DNA of 64,000 nt from Trichosphaerium sp. ATCC 40318. Lineage: Eukaryota; Protista; Tubulinea. The stretch is taken from positions 209,930 through 273,929 of the forward strand of contig JALMLS010000520.1 of assembly GCA_038496445.1 (NCBI GenBank), in the 5' to 3' direction. Position 1 is the first letter of the stretch; each line of letters starts with the position of its first letter. A model generated the notes under the pieces. That model worked only from the letters and a program-made list of their open reading frames with translations. It was not told the DNA's origin and searched no databases. Below are positions 24,039 to 34,955 of this stretch, one piece after another. The translations under genes and the position numbers were made by a program.

Positions 24039-25904
24039 ATGGTTCTGTATCAATGTAGACTGTTATGTGGATGCCTTCCTGCGCGAAACAAGAGCCAAAT
24101 GGCGGTACGCATGAGATTAAGATCAGGCATATTCCGAGCGCTTGTTGGTACGCTGAACTACAACTATATCTAATAACGGCAGTTTTGGTGTTTATTAACT
24201 CGTCAATCAGGTATTTTGAGCGCCGTTATATTCACGTTTTTCTTCCTCACTGTGGCGTTTGATGTATATTCAGTTAGCGTTTTCAGAAGTAGAGATCAGC
24301 TTCTCCAGGACACAATAGCTGTCACTGACGCCATAGCATCAGAAAGGGTATGGGCAACTATCGTTATTGGGACTGATGGGCGTTTTGGAAAATCAACTTT
24401 TGGTACGAAATGCCAACAAACACGCTTATGTCACGTGATTATTTTCTTACGAACTAAGACCCTGTATTTAGCAAACCGTACTAGTGAAGTTGATAAGAAG
24501 CTGGAAAGACTAAGAAAGGATAGAGACAATACTCTAGGAAATTATGAACGGCTAAATACAGCAATTCAGGCATACGATGACTCGGGCATTGTATTTCACC
24601 GTGACAAGGTAATAGAACGCCTAGTAGTTCTTTATATTGATGGCACTTAGGTCCTTAACCTTAGCATAAGCGGAGAGGCGTCGTTGAAATACTACACGAC
24701 ATTAAACAGGTTTTATTTCGATTTTTTGAGGAGAGATAGTTTCACCAATATTGAAGCTTCAAGCAGGCGTCTGTTAGCGCTTGTACGTATAAATATGGTA
24801 TGTTTGTGATTTTTTTTCTAATTACTGCGGTGACGTCACTAAGAGATTTTTTCAGCTTCATGAATACTCCTCGGAAGAACGTGGAGCGTTAAGTTTCCTC
24901 ATATTAAGCGGTAAACAATAGAATCTGATCAAAATATGGAATACATTTGACTTCTTGTTTAGGGTCTTACAGAGATGATAGCGTTTATTCTAATATAATA
25001 CGTATTCTATCTAATAAAGACGCTATTCGTGAGGAACTAGAGTTATTATTAGAACATGATGATGAAGATTTATACAACGAAATACTTGTAAGTCAACAGT
25101 CTTGTTTACTTTCTCGACTCATTTTTTTGAATAGAATAATTCAACAAATGTTCAAGCAACTAACATAACCGATTCGATGAGAACAACTTTATTAGACGCC
25201 CATGTAAATAACGCATCTTTTAATCTTAATGTTGGTCATTGGTTCAATAATATGTCCATAGTTGTGGATATGATGGAGCCTCTTCACAAACATATTTTGT
25301 ACGTTTTACTTTTCTCTTTTTTTTCTCTTTTTTTTCTTTTTTTCTGGAATCACGTGGTAAAATATTGTTTTTATGTATGCGCCATAAATTTTGTAAAGAG
25401 ATACTCAATTAGTTTTTGTAAAAACATGACTGATTGATTCTTATTTTTAGTGACAAACATGAAGCTTTGCTCCGAACGAATTTTATATACTTCGTTTTTG
25501 CGTTTGTCTTGGCCTTGATTGGTCTCATCATAGAAGTCATTGCGTGTACACTACTTATATACCTTGCTTGGCCAGTTCTTAAGTTATTTTGGACGATGGA
25601 AGGAAAAGCAAAAAAGTAAGAACTCGAAGATTTCATGTCATCTCCTGTTTCCGTACCTCTTTTCTTGTCTTTGTTAATCACGTTTAGGGTATCAAGTACA
25701 AAATCTTCTACAGCGAATAGTACAGACCATGTAATAGACGCTATGCCAACACCAGAAGTGACGCGAACTATTAAGAAACATAACACATTAGAACTTGTTA
25801 TCTCGGATTCTACTGATACAGAAATATCGTCATTACAACAACATACAATAGAAGAACAGGATATGGAAGAACAAAGCTCTGAATTAACAACAATGGAGAT
25901 GTAA
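24039..25904 (+). CDS. Two-TM membrane protein with NIT (nitrate/nitrite-sensing) domain between the TMs and no recognisable output domain; true start may lie upstream (about 23811)
   Basis: TM1 (ALVGILSAVIFTFFFLTVAF); DAIASERVWAT..IGTDGRF...RTSEVD; FHRDK|VLNLSISGEASLKYYTTLN; HEYSSEERGALS; GHWFNNMSIVVDMMEPL; TM2 (FIYFVFAFVLALIGLII). The order and spacing match my recollection of the NIT consensus (ERG...R..tD; R..v...s..ea..yY; E....ER; WF...t..id). Confidence 0.72.
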
Positions 25905-26279
25905 ACACTTCTTTGTTTGAAAAAAAACTGCCCTTGTCTTCAACAACTACCAATGATGATAGTCTGGACTTTTCAGAACCGATGGTAAAGCCACTAATGA
26001 CTTTTCAACTCTGCAAACTCCCTAAAAGCCCAAATGTATTTTATAAACCAGATTTGTTCGATATGTTCCTCATTGTCGAAGTTCCACGCGCTATGAACTC
26101 TTTTTTTGTTCGATTTTTTATTCTAGCTTTGTTACCATTACCCAGATAGAATCGATCAGGTGATGGATAAGCTAAACTTAGGATGATTGTGAATGTGTAA
26201 GCACTTTAATCCATCAGAAATATTTGATATTAAAGAGCTTCCATACTAGCTACTAGCAAATAGCTTTTTACTCTGCTAC

Positions 26280-26485
26280 TTATGCTTTATTTACAGCTAT
26301 TGTACTTATAGTGAGGTCTACAACGTTGCTTAGAATATGAGACCAGTGTTTAAACTTAGAGCAAGAAACCTCAGATAACCTCTTTTCCGTGTTGATCATA
26401 ATAAATACTTGAAGAGGAAACACATCGGGAGAGCTATCATCACCAATATAAACTTCTGATAACTTGCCCTTAAGAGCTAGTGTAT
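26280..26485 (-). pseudogene. Orphan 3' fragment of the F-box gene at 50037-50873
   Basis: About 80 nt nearly identical to 50715-50795 (LALKGKLSEVYIGDDSSPDVFPLQVF), plus similar SNVVxLT; no upstream homologous coding sequence seen. Confidence 0.75.
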
Positions 26486-27095
26486 TTGGACGTACAAACA
26501 TAAAGTGATAAAACTTTGCAGTATGTAAAGTAATAAATAAAATTGTAAACTAATGGTAACGTTCATCGTTTGTGCCTTGCAGAAATAATGTAAGTGATTT
26601 TCTTCAATATTGATTACTAGTGAAGAAAATAGTGTTCTTTGCTACCTTAACACCCGATACAATTAATACTTAAGCGAGGCTTTAGACATTCTTGTCAGGG
26701 TTTGTTGTTTTCATTGCAAGTCTGTTAAACTTAAATGTTATTTATATTTAAGGTGGTTTATTATACCACTCCCATCGACGTGAAAAACTATCTTTAAGTC
26801 AGTAATTTGAATGGGTATCATGTACCAAAAACAATGTTGGTCACGTGTAGTTTGAAGAAAACAACAGTCCCTCGTTTTCTTGAAATTGCTTGAACTGAAG
26901 TGTTGCATAAAAAGAAGGCAATTTAGTCTGTCTTTTGGTGAATGTATCGACAACTCAAGGTCTTTAGATTGCAGGTCGGACAGGAAGAGTTTACTATTGA
27001 ACACAAGCATTGATCAACTTTGCTACTGTTCTTTTACGCATCGATTAGTGATGCAGAAAACAACAAAAAGCAGTTTGTAATTAGCTTGCTTCAAT

Positions 27096-27687
27096 TTATT
27101 GGATTTCAGCCTCAAGTAGGTCCTTTACTATCTGTTTTTCGTCCTCATATAGTTCCGCACCAGCTGCTTTCACAGCAATTGCCCATGATTGCGCCCAAAC
27201 TTCACCAAAGAAGGCTGCCAAACGCTTTGAGTATCCATACGTTTGTGCCAGCGTGCCATTACCTTCATTTTCACGCCATGATTTCATGCCACAAGCGTGT
27301 GCAGCTCGCCAAACCTTGTACTGATTTAGTACCACGTGATAAATAAAAAACAGAATGTGATACTTTGACTACTAAAAGAAAAGGAATGTCATACCTTCGG
27401 ATTACCAAAAGTGTCGAAAGTCTTTTGTAGTGCTACCGAAGCAACAGTGAACAATAAACCGGTTTCAGTGGAACCAATCCTAACAGTTAAGTTAAAACCC
27501 AAAGTCTGACTGTGTAGAACAAACGTACGCGTTGATAAGTTTTGTCTTTGTTCTGAGGATTTAAAAAGTGATTTATAGCCTGGTGTATTGGGTTACTGCA
27601 GATTGACAAACTTTTTATAGCCAAACTCGATATAGCTTTTATCTCTTTGTCAATGTCTCTTTCAGTAAGTTTTATTTCCAGTGTCAT
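27096..27687 (-). CDS. Small hypothetical protein (about 140 aa, 3 introns)
   Basis: Can be spliced to MTLEIKLTERDIDKEIKAISSLAIKS|..KTKLINA|IGSTETGLLF...GNPK|YKVWRAAHACG...EAEIQ* using GT-AG introns; no family recognised. Confidence 0.6.
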
Positions 27688-28679
27688 TGTCTTGTAGTTG
27701 CTGATTTTATGACTATTTTACAGTTCGTGAACAGGTTCACAGTTCCTGTAGGAAGGTTTCTTTTCAAGAACCAAGCGCGCTTACATTGGATAGAAGCAGA
27801 TAGTTTTTATTTGTATTTTCACTCGTCTTGTTTAGTTCCTGTCTGTTTTATACAAAGAAGTTAATGCCATAAGAAGGCACCTACCAATGGTTTAACAGGT
27901 TGGTCATGTGCTATTTTTGTTAGTTCCTTTCAAAATGAACTAAATTTCCAACCTACCAGCTGAATATTTGTTACAGTTTCAATAGACCGTGGGAGATGAG
28001 CGCAGTATTTTTACCTACAGTACGATCAAACCACAGTGTTCAATACGCTAACAACGAATTAAAAAGGTTTGATGTAGTACAAAGGTATCGCATTACCGCC
28101 AAACACGGTATGAATACCTCAAACACTGTTTGCTGTATGTCTTACTCCAAAAAATCAACGTACGTGTATAACTTACTAGCGCTACGCTAGCGCCTACCCC
28201 ACGCTAACAAAAGCCCTCTCGCAACATCCAAACACCAAGGCACGTGTAGTAACGCTAAAATCTCCAATAACACCACCAGGTGCTGTAGGCTTTGTAAACG
28301 CCGCCGGCGGGTGTCAAATATCAAAATAAAAATTGTTGGTTTGTTAAATCACGTGTTGAATTGATTGGCCCAATAACGTGGGTTTGAAACGGTTGGATTC
28401 GCTGGACAGGCTTGAGGGTCATGTTTAAAAATGTGAGATAAATTAAATCTCTTTTTTCGTAAACTTTGCCTTCTACAAAACCACGTGTTTTGAGCCCTTG
28501 AACATTTTTTGGAAAAGCCTTGCTTACCCTTGGAAATTACCAGTTTTAACTCACCATGGCCTCCAAAGCCAATTTTTTTTCCACTAAACTAATCGAAAGT
28601 TGTGTTTCGGATAACGAGAAGCTTGTTTTTTTTATTTTCGTTAAGTCGATTCAAAACCTAGTGTCCAAAAACAACAACA

Positions 28680-30592
28680 ATGGAAAGCCTCAGGTTTCCA
28701 ATTAATTTGCAAACAGCTTATGAATACTATCTCCAAAAGCATAATGATGATTTTCAACACGTAAAATCAAAAGAAACACCCATACAGCGTGATATGTTTG
28801 ATGCTGACGTCATTTCTGCGATTAATACCGTTCTTGCCTCAGCAGAAGCAGAAATGAAGTCCAAGTTAGCCGCAGTACTCTCAAACTTTACTAAGGCGCT
28901 CCCTCGCTCTACTGACAAGCACAAAGACTCGGTCGCTTCAGAGCAAACTAAAAACGTCTTGCGAACAACGTACGTGCCACTCTTACCCACAGAATAAGTT
29001 ATGACATAGCCATGGCACCTGTATCAAGGCGTTCGAACCAGCAAAGTTCAGTTTTCGTTGAACATCATTTTGTGTTAAACTAACTTTTTTAGACCAACAG
29101 CAATTGGCACGTGTTTATTAGACCTCCCAGTAGAAACTATGTGCTTGATTCTACAATACACATCTACGGCAAGGTACAGTGCTGCACAGACATGTAAATC
29201 ATTCGCAGATATTATACATCATGTAATTGGCTATGTCACTGCAAAAGTAAAGCCACATGATGCACTTGCTATTCGTCACTACAAAGGTAGGTTGTAACAT
29301 CTTATACAACATATTTGTAGATAATGATTTGTATATTTACCTTTCTTCTAGGTGTGATGACAAACACTTTGATAACTGTTGATGCCATGTACAACAATAC
29401 AACACATTGGTTTTCAGGATGTAAAAAACTTGCCTTTCTTTATAGTTTAAAAGAAGTTCAACATCTTTCTGGTATTCACAGTATCGATGTTTCACATACA
29501 AATATATCACATGAATCCATCAAAGGGCTTGCTGGTGTACATACAATTAATCTTAAACATACTCCAGCGACAAATGAAAGCATTGCGTATCTAAAGGGTG
29601 TACATACTATTAATCTTACTTCCACCAAAGTTTCTGATGTAAATGCCCTTCAAGGCGTTCACACATTAGTCCTCCGTTGTACTTGGATAGACGATGAAGG
29701 TATAAAGGAACTAAAAGGTGTACATACAATTGATCTTAGCAATTGTAGCTTTATATCAGATAAAGGTTTGAAAGGCCTTGTAGGAGTACATACAATTAAT
29801 CTTCATGGAACCAATGTGAAAAACCAAGGTCTGGCTTACCTAAAGGGTGTACATAGTATTAATGTTAGTAGCTGCTCAAGTATATCAGATCAAGGTATAA
29901 GGGAACTAAAAGGTGTACACACCATTGACCTCTTTGATACCTCAGTATCAGATAAAGGTGTCAAAGCACTTGCTGGCGTTCATACCATTAACTTGAGTGG
30001 CACTAAAATAACAGATATAGGCATTCAAAAGCTTAAAGGAGTTCATATCATCGACCTGGCTGAAACTAAAGTCACTGATGAAGGAATAAAAGCACTCAAA
30101 GGTGTTCATAATATTAACCTGAGTGGGACATCAGTAGCAGATGAAGGTGTGAAAGCGCTTGCTGGTGTTCATACTATTTACCTTAGTGGTACTAAAGTAA
30201 CAGACAAACGCATTCATGCACTCAAAGGTGTTCACACAATTGATCTTTCCAATACTAGTATAACAGGTAAAACTCTATCTTCATTGGCTGGTGTTCACAC
30301 CATTGATCTTTCAAAATGTCCCATTGTTAATGGTCTATCAGCGCTCAAAGGTGTTCATACAATTTACTTGCAATATACAGACATTACAGACAACGATCTA
30401 AAAGCTTTAGCTGGTGTTCATACAATTGATCTAACTGGCTGCATTTCTGTTACAGATAAAGGCGCTATGGCACTTGCTGGCAGTCTGCGTAAGATTTCAA
30501 TTGTTGAATCTAAAATAGGTTATTATACATTAGATAAACTTCCATGTGTAGCGCTTTTTGATGGCCTTGGTGGCTGGGATACGAGAGTGTAG
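28680..30592 (+). CDS. F-box + leucine-rich repeat protein (GVHTIxLSxTxVTDEGIKAL repeats), 3 introns in 5' part
   Basis: LLDLPVETMCLILQY F-box at about 29115; more than 12 tandem 22-24 aa LRRs in one large exon. Confidence 0.9.
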
Positions 30593-30842
30593 TTAGAATC
30601 AAGCCCTACTTTGAAGAGCCTTAATTATGCTGCTCAATAAAGTTGTCAAACTACGAATATTTTTTATTCTTTTGTAAAAATCAATGTGAATACCATTCTG
30701 TTGTTCGAATCTTTTACAAATAAATGGTTAAGCTTTTGTAGGTTGTTCTAGAGTTGATTCATGTGGCAGTAAACTAGCGTTGACTCAGACTTTTTACAAT
30801 ATGAGAAAACACGTGAGCCCAAATAACGGACCACAACAAATC

Positions 30843-32177
30843 ATGAGTTTTTCTTGTTTATTAGTAGAAAGCGCACTAGAATATTATCGTAAGCGCCACG
30901 CTGAACGGTTCGGTAAAGTAATGGCAATACAACCCCAAACAGTCATGGCAAAGGTAGAAAGTGTAATTTCGAAGTTAAATATGAGTATTGCATCACAGCT
31001 CGATCAAGTTCTTTCAAAACTCTCAGATTCAATTGGTTCTACTCAAGCTAGCCAGTTAACACCTTCATCTAACGTTGAATATCACAAGCACAAAAGAAAA
31101 GAGATGTACATTAAAAAAAAAGAGTGTAACAGTAAACAACCAATGCCACGTGAAGAACTGAATATTATCACTTTTCTCCCACCTGAAGTTATTTCAAATA
31201 TTCTAGAGTACACAGATCAAAAAGGTAGATTTTCTGTTGCTCAATCGTGTCGCCTTATGGCTGATCTCATTCATCATGTTGTTGGATATAAACATGTTTA
31301 TCTCAAGCAATACCAAGATATTTTAAAGATAAGACAGTACGAGGGTATTATGAAAAACACCGTTATTCAGATGGATGTGTGGTATATGAATGATGATTCA
31401 ACAGTATATTCGTTACTATCAGGGTGTTGTAAACTACAACTATCAAGATATAACAGACATATTCTTGACGGTGATCTGCAAGAAATAGCAAGTGCAAACC
31501 AAGTTAGCTTTATGGATCTTTCCGGGGGATCCAGAAGTCTTACAGATGAAGGTATTAAAGCACTTGCTGGTATTCATACAATTAACCTGCGAGAGTGTAA
31601 GTTTGTGACAGACGAAGGTGTTAAAGCGCTTGCTGGAGTTCATACCATTGACCTTAGCCACTGTATTCAAGTTACTGACGAAGGCATTAAAGCACTTGCT
31701 GGAGTACATACCATAAATCTGAATGATAACTATATGTTGACCGATGAAGGTATAAAAGCTCTTGTGGGTGTACATACAATTAATCTAAGGAACTGTGAAA
31801 ATGTATCTGATGAAGGTATTAAGATGTTAAAAGGTGTACACGAAATTAGCCTCAATTATACTTCAGTCACTGATGAAGGTGTCAAAGCACTTGCTGGCGT
31901 TCATGCTATTGACCTTTCCAATACATTTGTTACGGATGAAGGCATTAAAGCGCTTGCAGGAGTACATACAATCCATATTATTGGTTGTGACAACGTGACA
32001 GATAAAGGTATCACTTCATTGAACGGTGTTCATACTATTAGTATTGGCAGAAACGTGACAGATAAAGGTGTTGAAGCATTGGAACGAGTTCATACCATTT
32101 TCTTTTCTCATGAAAATACCAACATATCAGCATTGTGTATTGCCAGGCTAAAAAAAGCCTCAGTGAATGTGATTTAG
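30843..32177 (+). CDS. F-box + LRR protein, intronless paralog
   Basis: IITFLPPEVISNILEY F-box; about 9 GVHTI-type LRRs; single ORF. Confidence 0.9.
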   Translation: MSFSCLLVESALEYYRKRHAERFGKVMAIQPQTVMAKVESVISKLNMSIASQLDQVLSKLSDSIGSTQASQLTPSSNVEYHKHKRKEMYIKKKECNSKQPMPREELNIITFLPPEVISNILEYTDQKGRFSVAQSCRLMADLIHHVVGYKHVYLKQYQDILKIRQYEGIMKNTVIQMDVWYMNDDSTVYSLLSGCCKLQLSRYNRHILDGDLQEIASANQVSFMDLSGGSRSLTDEGIKALAGIHTINLRECKFVTDEGVKALAGVHTIDLSHCIQVTDEGIKALAGVHTINLNDNYMLTDEGIKALVGVHTINLRNCENVSDEGIKMLKGVHEISLNYTSVTDEGVKALAGVHAIDLSNTFVTDEGIKALAGVHTIHIIGCDNVTDKGITSLNGVHTISIGRNVTDKGVEALERVHTIFFSHENTNISALCIARLKKASVNVI

Positions 32178-32438
32178 GTACTGGCCCAACACTGACAATA
32201 AACGTGTTATTCAAGAAATCACGTGTTTTGTTTTACAAAAAAGTCGTCTTGTTTGCAGTTCAACAAGATTGAGCTTATGAATGATGGTCACATTTCAACT
32301 AATACAAGTATTTGGCCTACAAAGTCGCTCAAAGTCTACAACACGTGGACAAGCAGCTTTACACCTCAGTCGGGAAATACTAGCGCCTGCTTGACACATT
32401 CAACATCCATTTGGAGCGTTGGAAGAGATTTTAGTAAA

Positions 32439-33668
32439 ATGGACGAACCAAATCTGTGGCAGCTTCCTACTGAAGTTACTGTTTTAATATTGGACAACCT
32501 ACACTTCTCAGACCTATATGCGTTTAGTTCTGTGAGTTTACACGCTTTATCTGTATTTAACATTGTACAAAGCATTGTCGTACGTTAATACTACATAAGA
32601 AACACGTTAACCGCGTCTGACAGTAGTTTTAGGTTTCAAAGAAAGTGTATAAAAGAAAGATATTACCAGGGGTTCATTCTCGCGTTGTGGGCATGTGTGT
32701 GCTCTCAAAAGGCGAGGTATAAGCGCATACCTTTTTTAATGGATGAAAGACGTTAACGAGTCAAGTTTAGATCGTCGTTGTTGATCATAATGCTCACAAA
32801 ATAGGAATCATTAAAGATGATAGATACACAACCTTGATAGACAGAAACACAAAACATACAACAGACGTCTACAATGATGGACCTTTTAAACAAGCGTGTG
32901 CGTATCGTTTTGTTCTGTTCTGTTTCACGTGGGTTTGGCTCACTTTTGTTATTTTGTTGTAGGCTTGTATTACCCCACAGGCTGTGTGGTTGACTCTGAT
33001 GATAATGTTATTATTAGTGATAGATCCCATCATACAATAAGAAAGCTTGACTTGAAAAATCGAATCATATCAACAATAGCAGGGAAGCCATGTACACAAG
33101 GAAGTATTGAACGCAGCTGCTTGAGGTTTGCTAGTATTTGCAAGGGCATAAATGATAGTATACTCATATGTGATCAAGTTAATGGTGCCATTAGAAGCAT
33201 GAATGCTGAAGGCCAAATTAATACCGTAGCTGACATAAAAAGAGGTGATTTTGACTACACCAAGTTTCAGTCTTCTATTCCATATCCACGACGTATTGCT
33301 TTTTGTCCCCGAACTGGTGATATGTAAGTTAATATATGTATTTTCGCTTATGAAGTTATAGATACTTTGCAGTTGCCAAACTTGTTATAAAACTGAGTAA
33401 TGGGAAGCAAACACTTATTTATAAACACAATTTACCAATATTTGGGATTGCTGTGGAAAGAACGGGTGATGTGTTGTTTGGATCTGGACGAGATAAGGGA
33501 GATAAGGCTAAACAAGATTGCATATTTAGAGTATACACAAGGATGAAAGGGTATCCAGTACTCCCTCTGACCTTATCCAATCCAATAGAGAACGTTTCAG
33601 GGTTGTATTATTATGATGGTATTCTGTATGTTGGCGCAGGTGAAGAAGCCTGTACAATAAAGCTGTAG
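32439..33668 (+). CDS. F-box + NHL-type beta-propeller protein
   Basis: LWQLPTEVTVLILDNLHFSDLYAFSS F-box; GLYYPTGCVVDSDDNVIISDRSHHTIRKLD..IISTIAG NHL repeat; 4 introns. Confidence 0.82.
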
Positions 33669-34955
33669 AGTGGTTTGTACATGCGAAAGGATAAAAAATA
33701 AAGAACTTTATTGCGGTATTGGGTTTTGGTTCTACTTGCACTTGTATCTCTGATCTCACAGGTAAGTTGTTATGTAAGTCTTCTGCCGTAAAGTATTTCA
33801 TAGCACCTAACTGTAAACTCTGTACGCTTAGTTAATTCTTGCGGCGCTATCAAAACGATAGAAAATGGCGACATCTTCAACACCAATAGTACAACCAGCT
33901 TGAAATTCGAATCACTAGTGCCACTGCTGGTTCCCATGCATACCTACTTACCATAGACAGGGTTGACAAAGCAAAGGTCCGTACATAGTCTGAGTTTTTT
34001 CTTTTTTTTTGTGATCGACAAGCTCTCTAATTGTTTTTGGTTGTTCAGGTTCAGACAACAAACCTACCACTCATAGGTAAGTCTTTTACCTGCTTCTGAC
34101 CAGCTTGACTCACGTGGTAAAAAAATCCCGAGAAACAAATGGTGCGAGTTTCATTTTTAAACTATAAGCAGCATAGAGGATGTACGCTCAGATATTGACA
34201 ACTCACCAATTTGCTTTTATTCTTTTGAACGTTAGTCCTAACATTTGTGTTGTAGCGCTCGCATTGGTTATTAAATTACGTCTTGATAGATAAAAATAAT
34301 AAGGTAAGATTTGCTAAAAAAACCTCAGGTTTATTTTCTACACGCAAAGAAGTCTAAGTTGTCATGATTTTACCCTCTGTTTAACACAATTTTCCACAAA
34401 ACGCTTCAAAATAACCAAATTATTTTTTCATGTACATGTGCGTTCGTGGAACGTGGCTACATGTAATAAATCCAATAATATCTTTCGTCGTGGCCATTTT
34501 TTGCCTTTTTTAACTAGAAATGTGAAACGTCAAGGTCTTTTATGGCGATCACGTTTTTTTTTTGTTTTATGTAACTTTCTTTTGCGAACGTTGTATCCTT
34601 CCACAATTACAATTGGTGAATACAAAAAGTCAAATATCGCGTGACAATCTAAATACAACTAAAAACCGTTCGTAATTTTCAAAACGGACCATTGTTGCGA
34701 AAACTACACATTCTGACACTGTCTTTTTGATTTTTGAAAAAAAAACACGTGCATGTCATCTGGCGTTTGGTTTGTCAATACTTAAATTTACATTGTCGCT
34801 GCAGCATTTTTAGTGTAAAACAAAAGTAATAATCGACAAAAACCCACCTACCAACCAAAAAGACAGTGTCAGAATGTCGTTTGCAAATTACGGCTTCACA
34901 ATACGATAGTTCTATTCTCAATAAATTCTTACTTTTCTTTTTCTTTAGAAAGGAA

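Noticed and set aside
29450-32100. Regularly spaced DNA repeats of about 66-72 bp superficially like an array
   Set aside because: They are coding LRR units with synonymous variation, not CRISPR or satellite repeats.
33865-34080. Possible small gene (MATSSTPIVQP / LEIRITSATAGSHAYLLTIDRVDKAK) with splice-like sites
   Set aside because: Needs a frameshift, has no recognisable homology and no clear continuation; at best a remnant.
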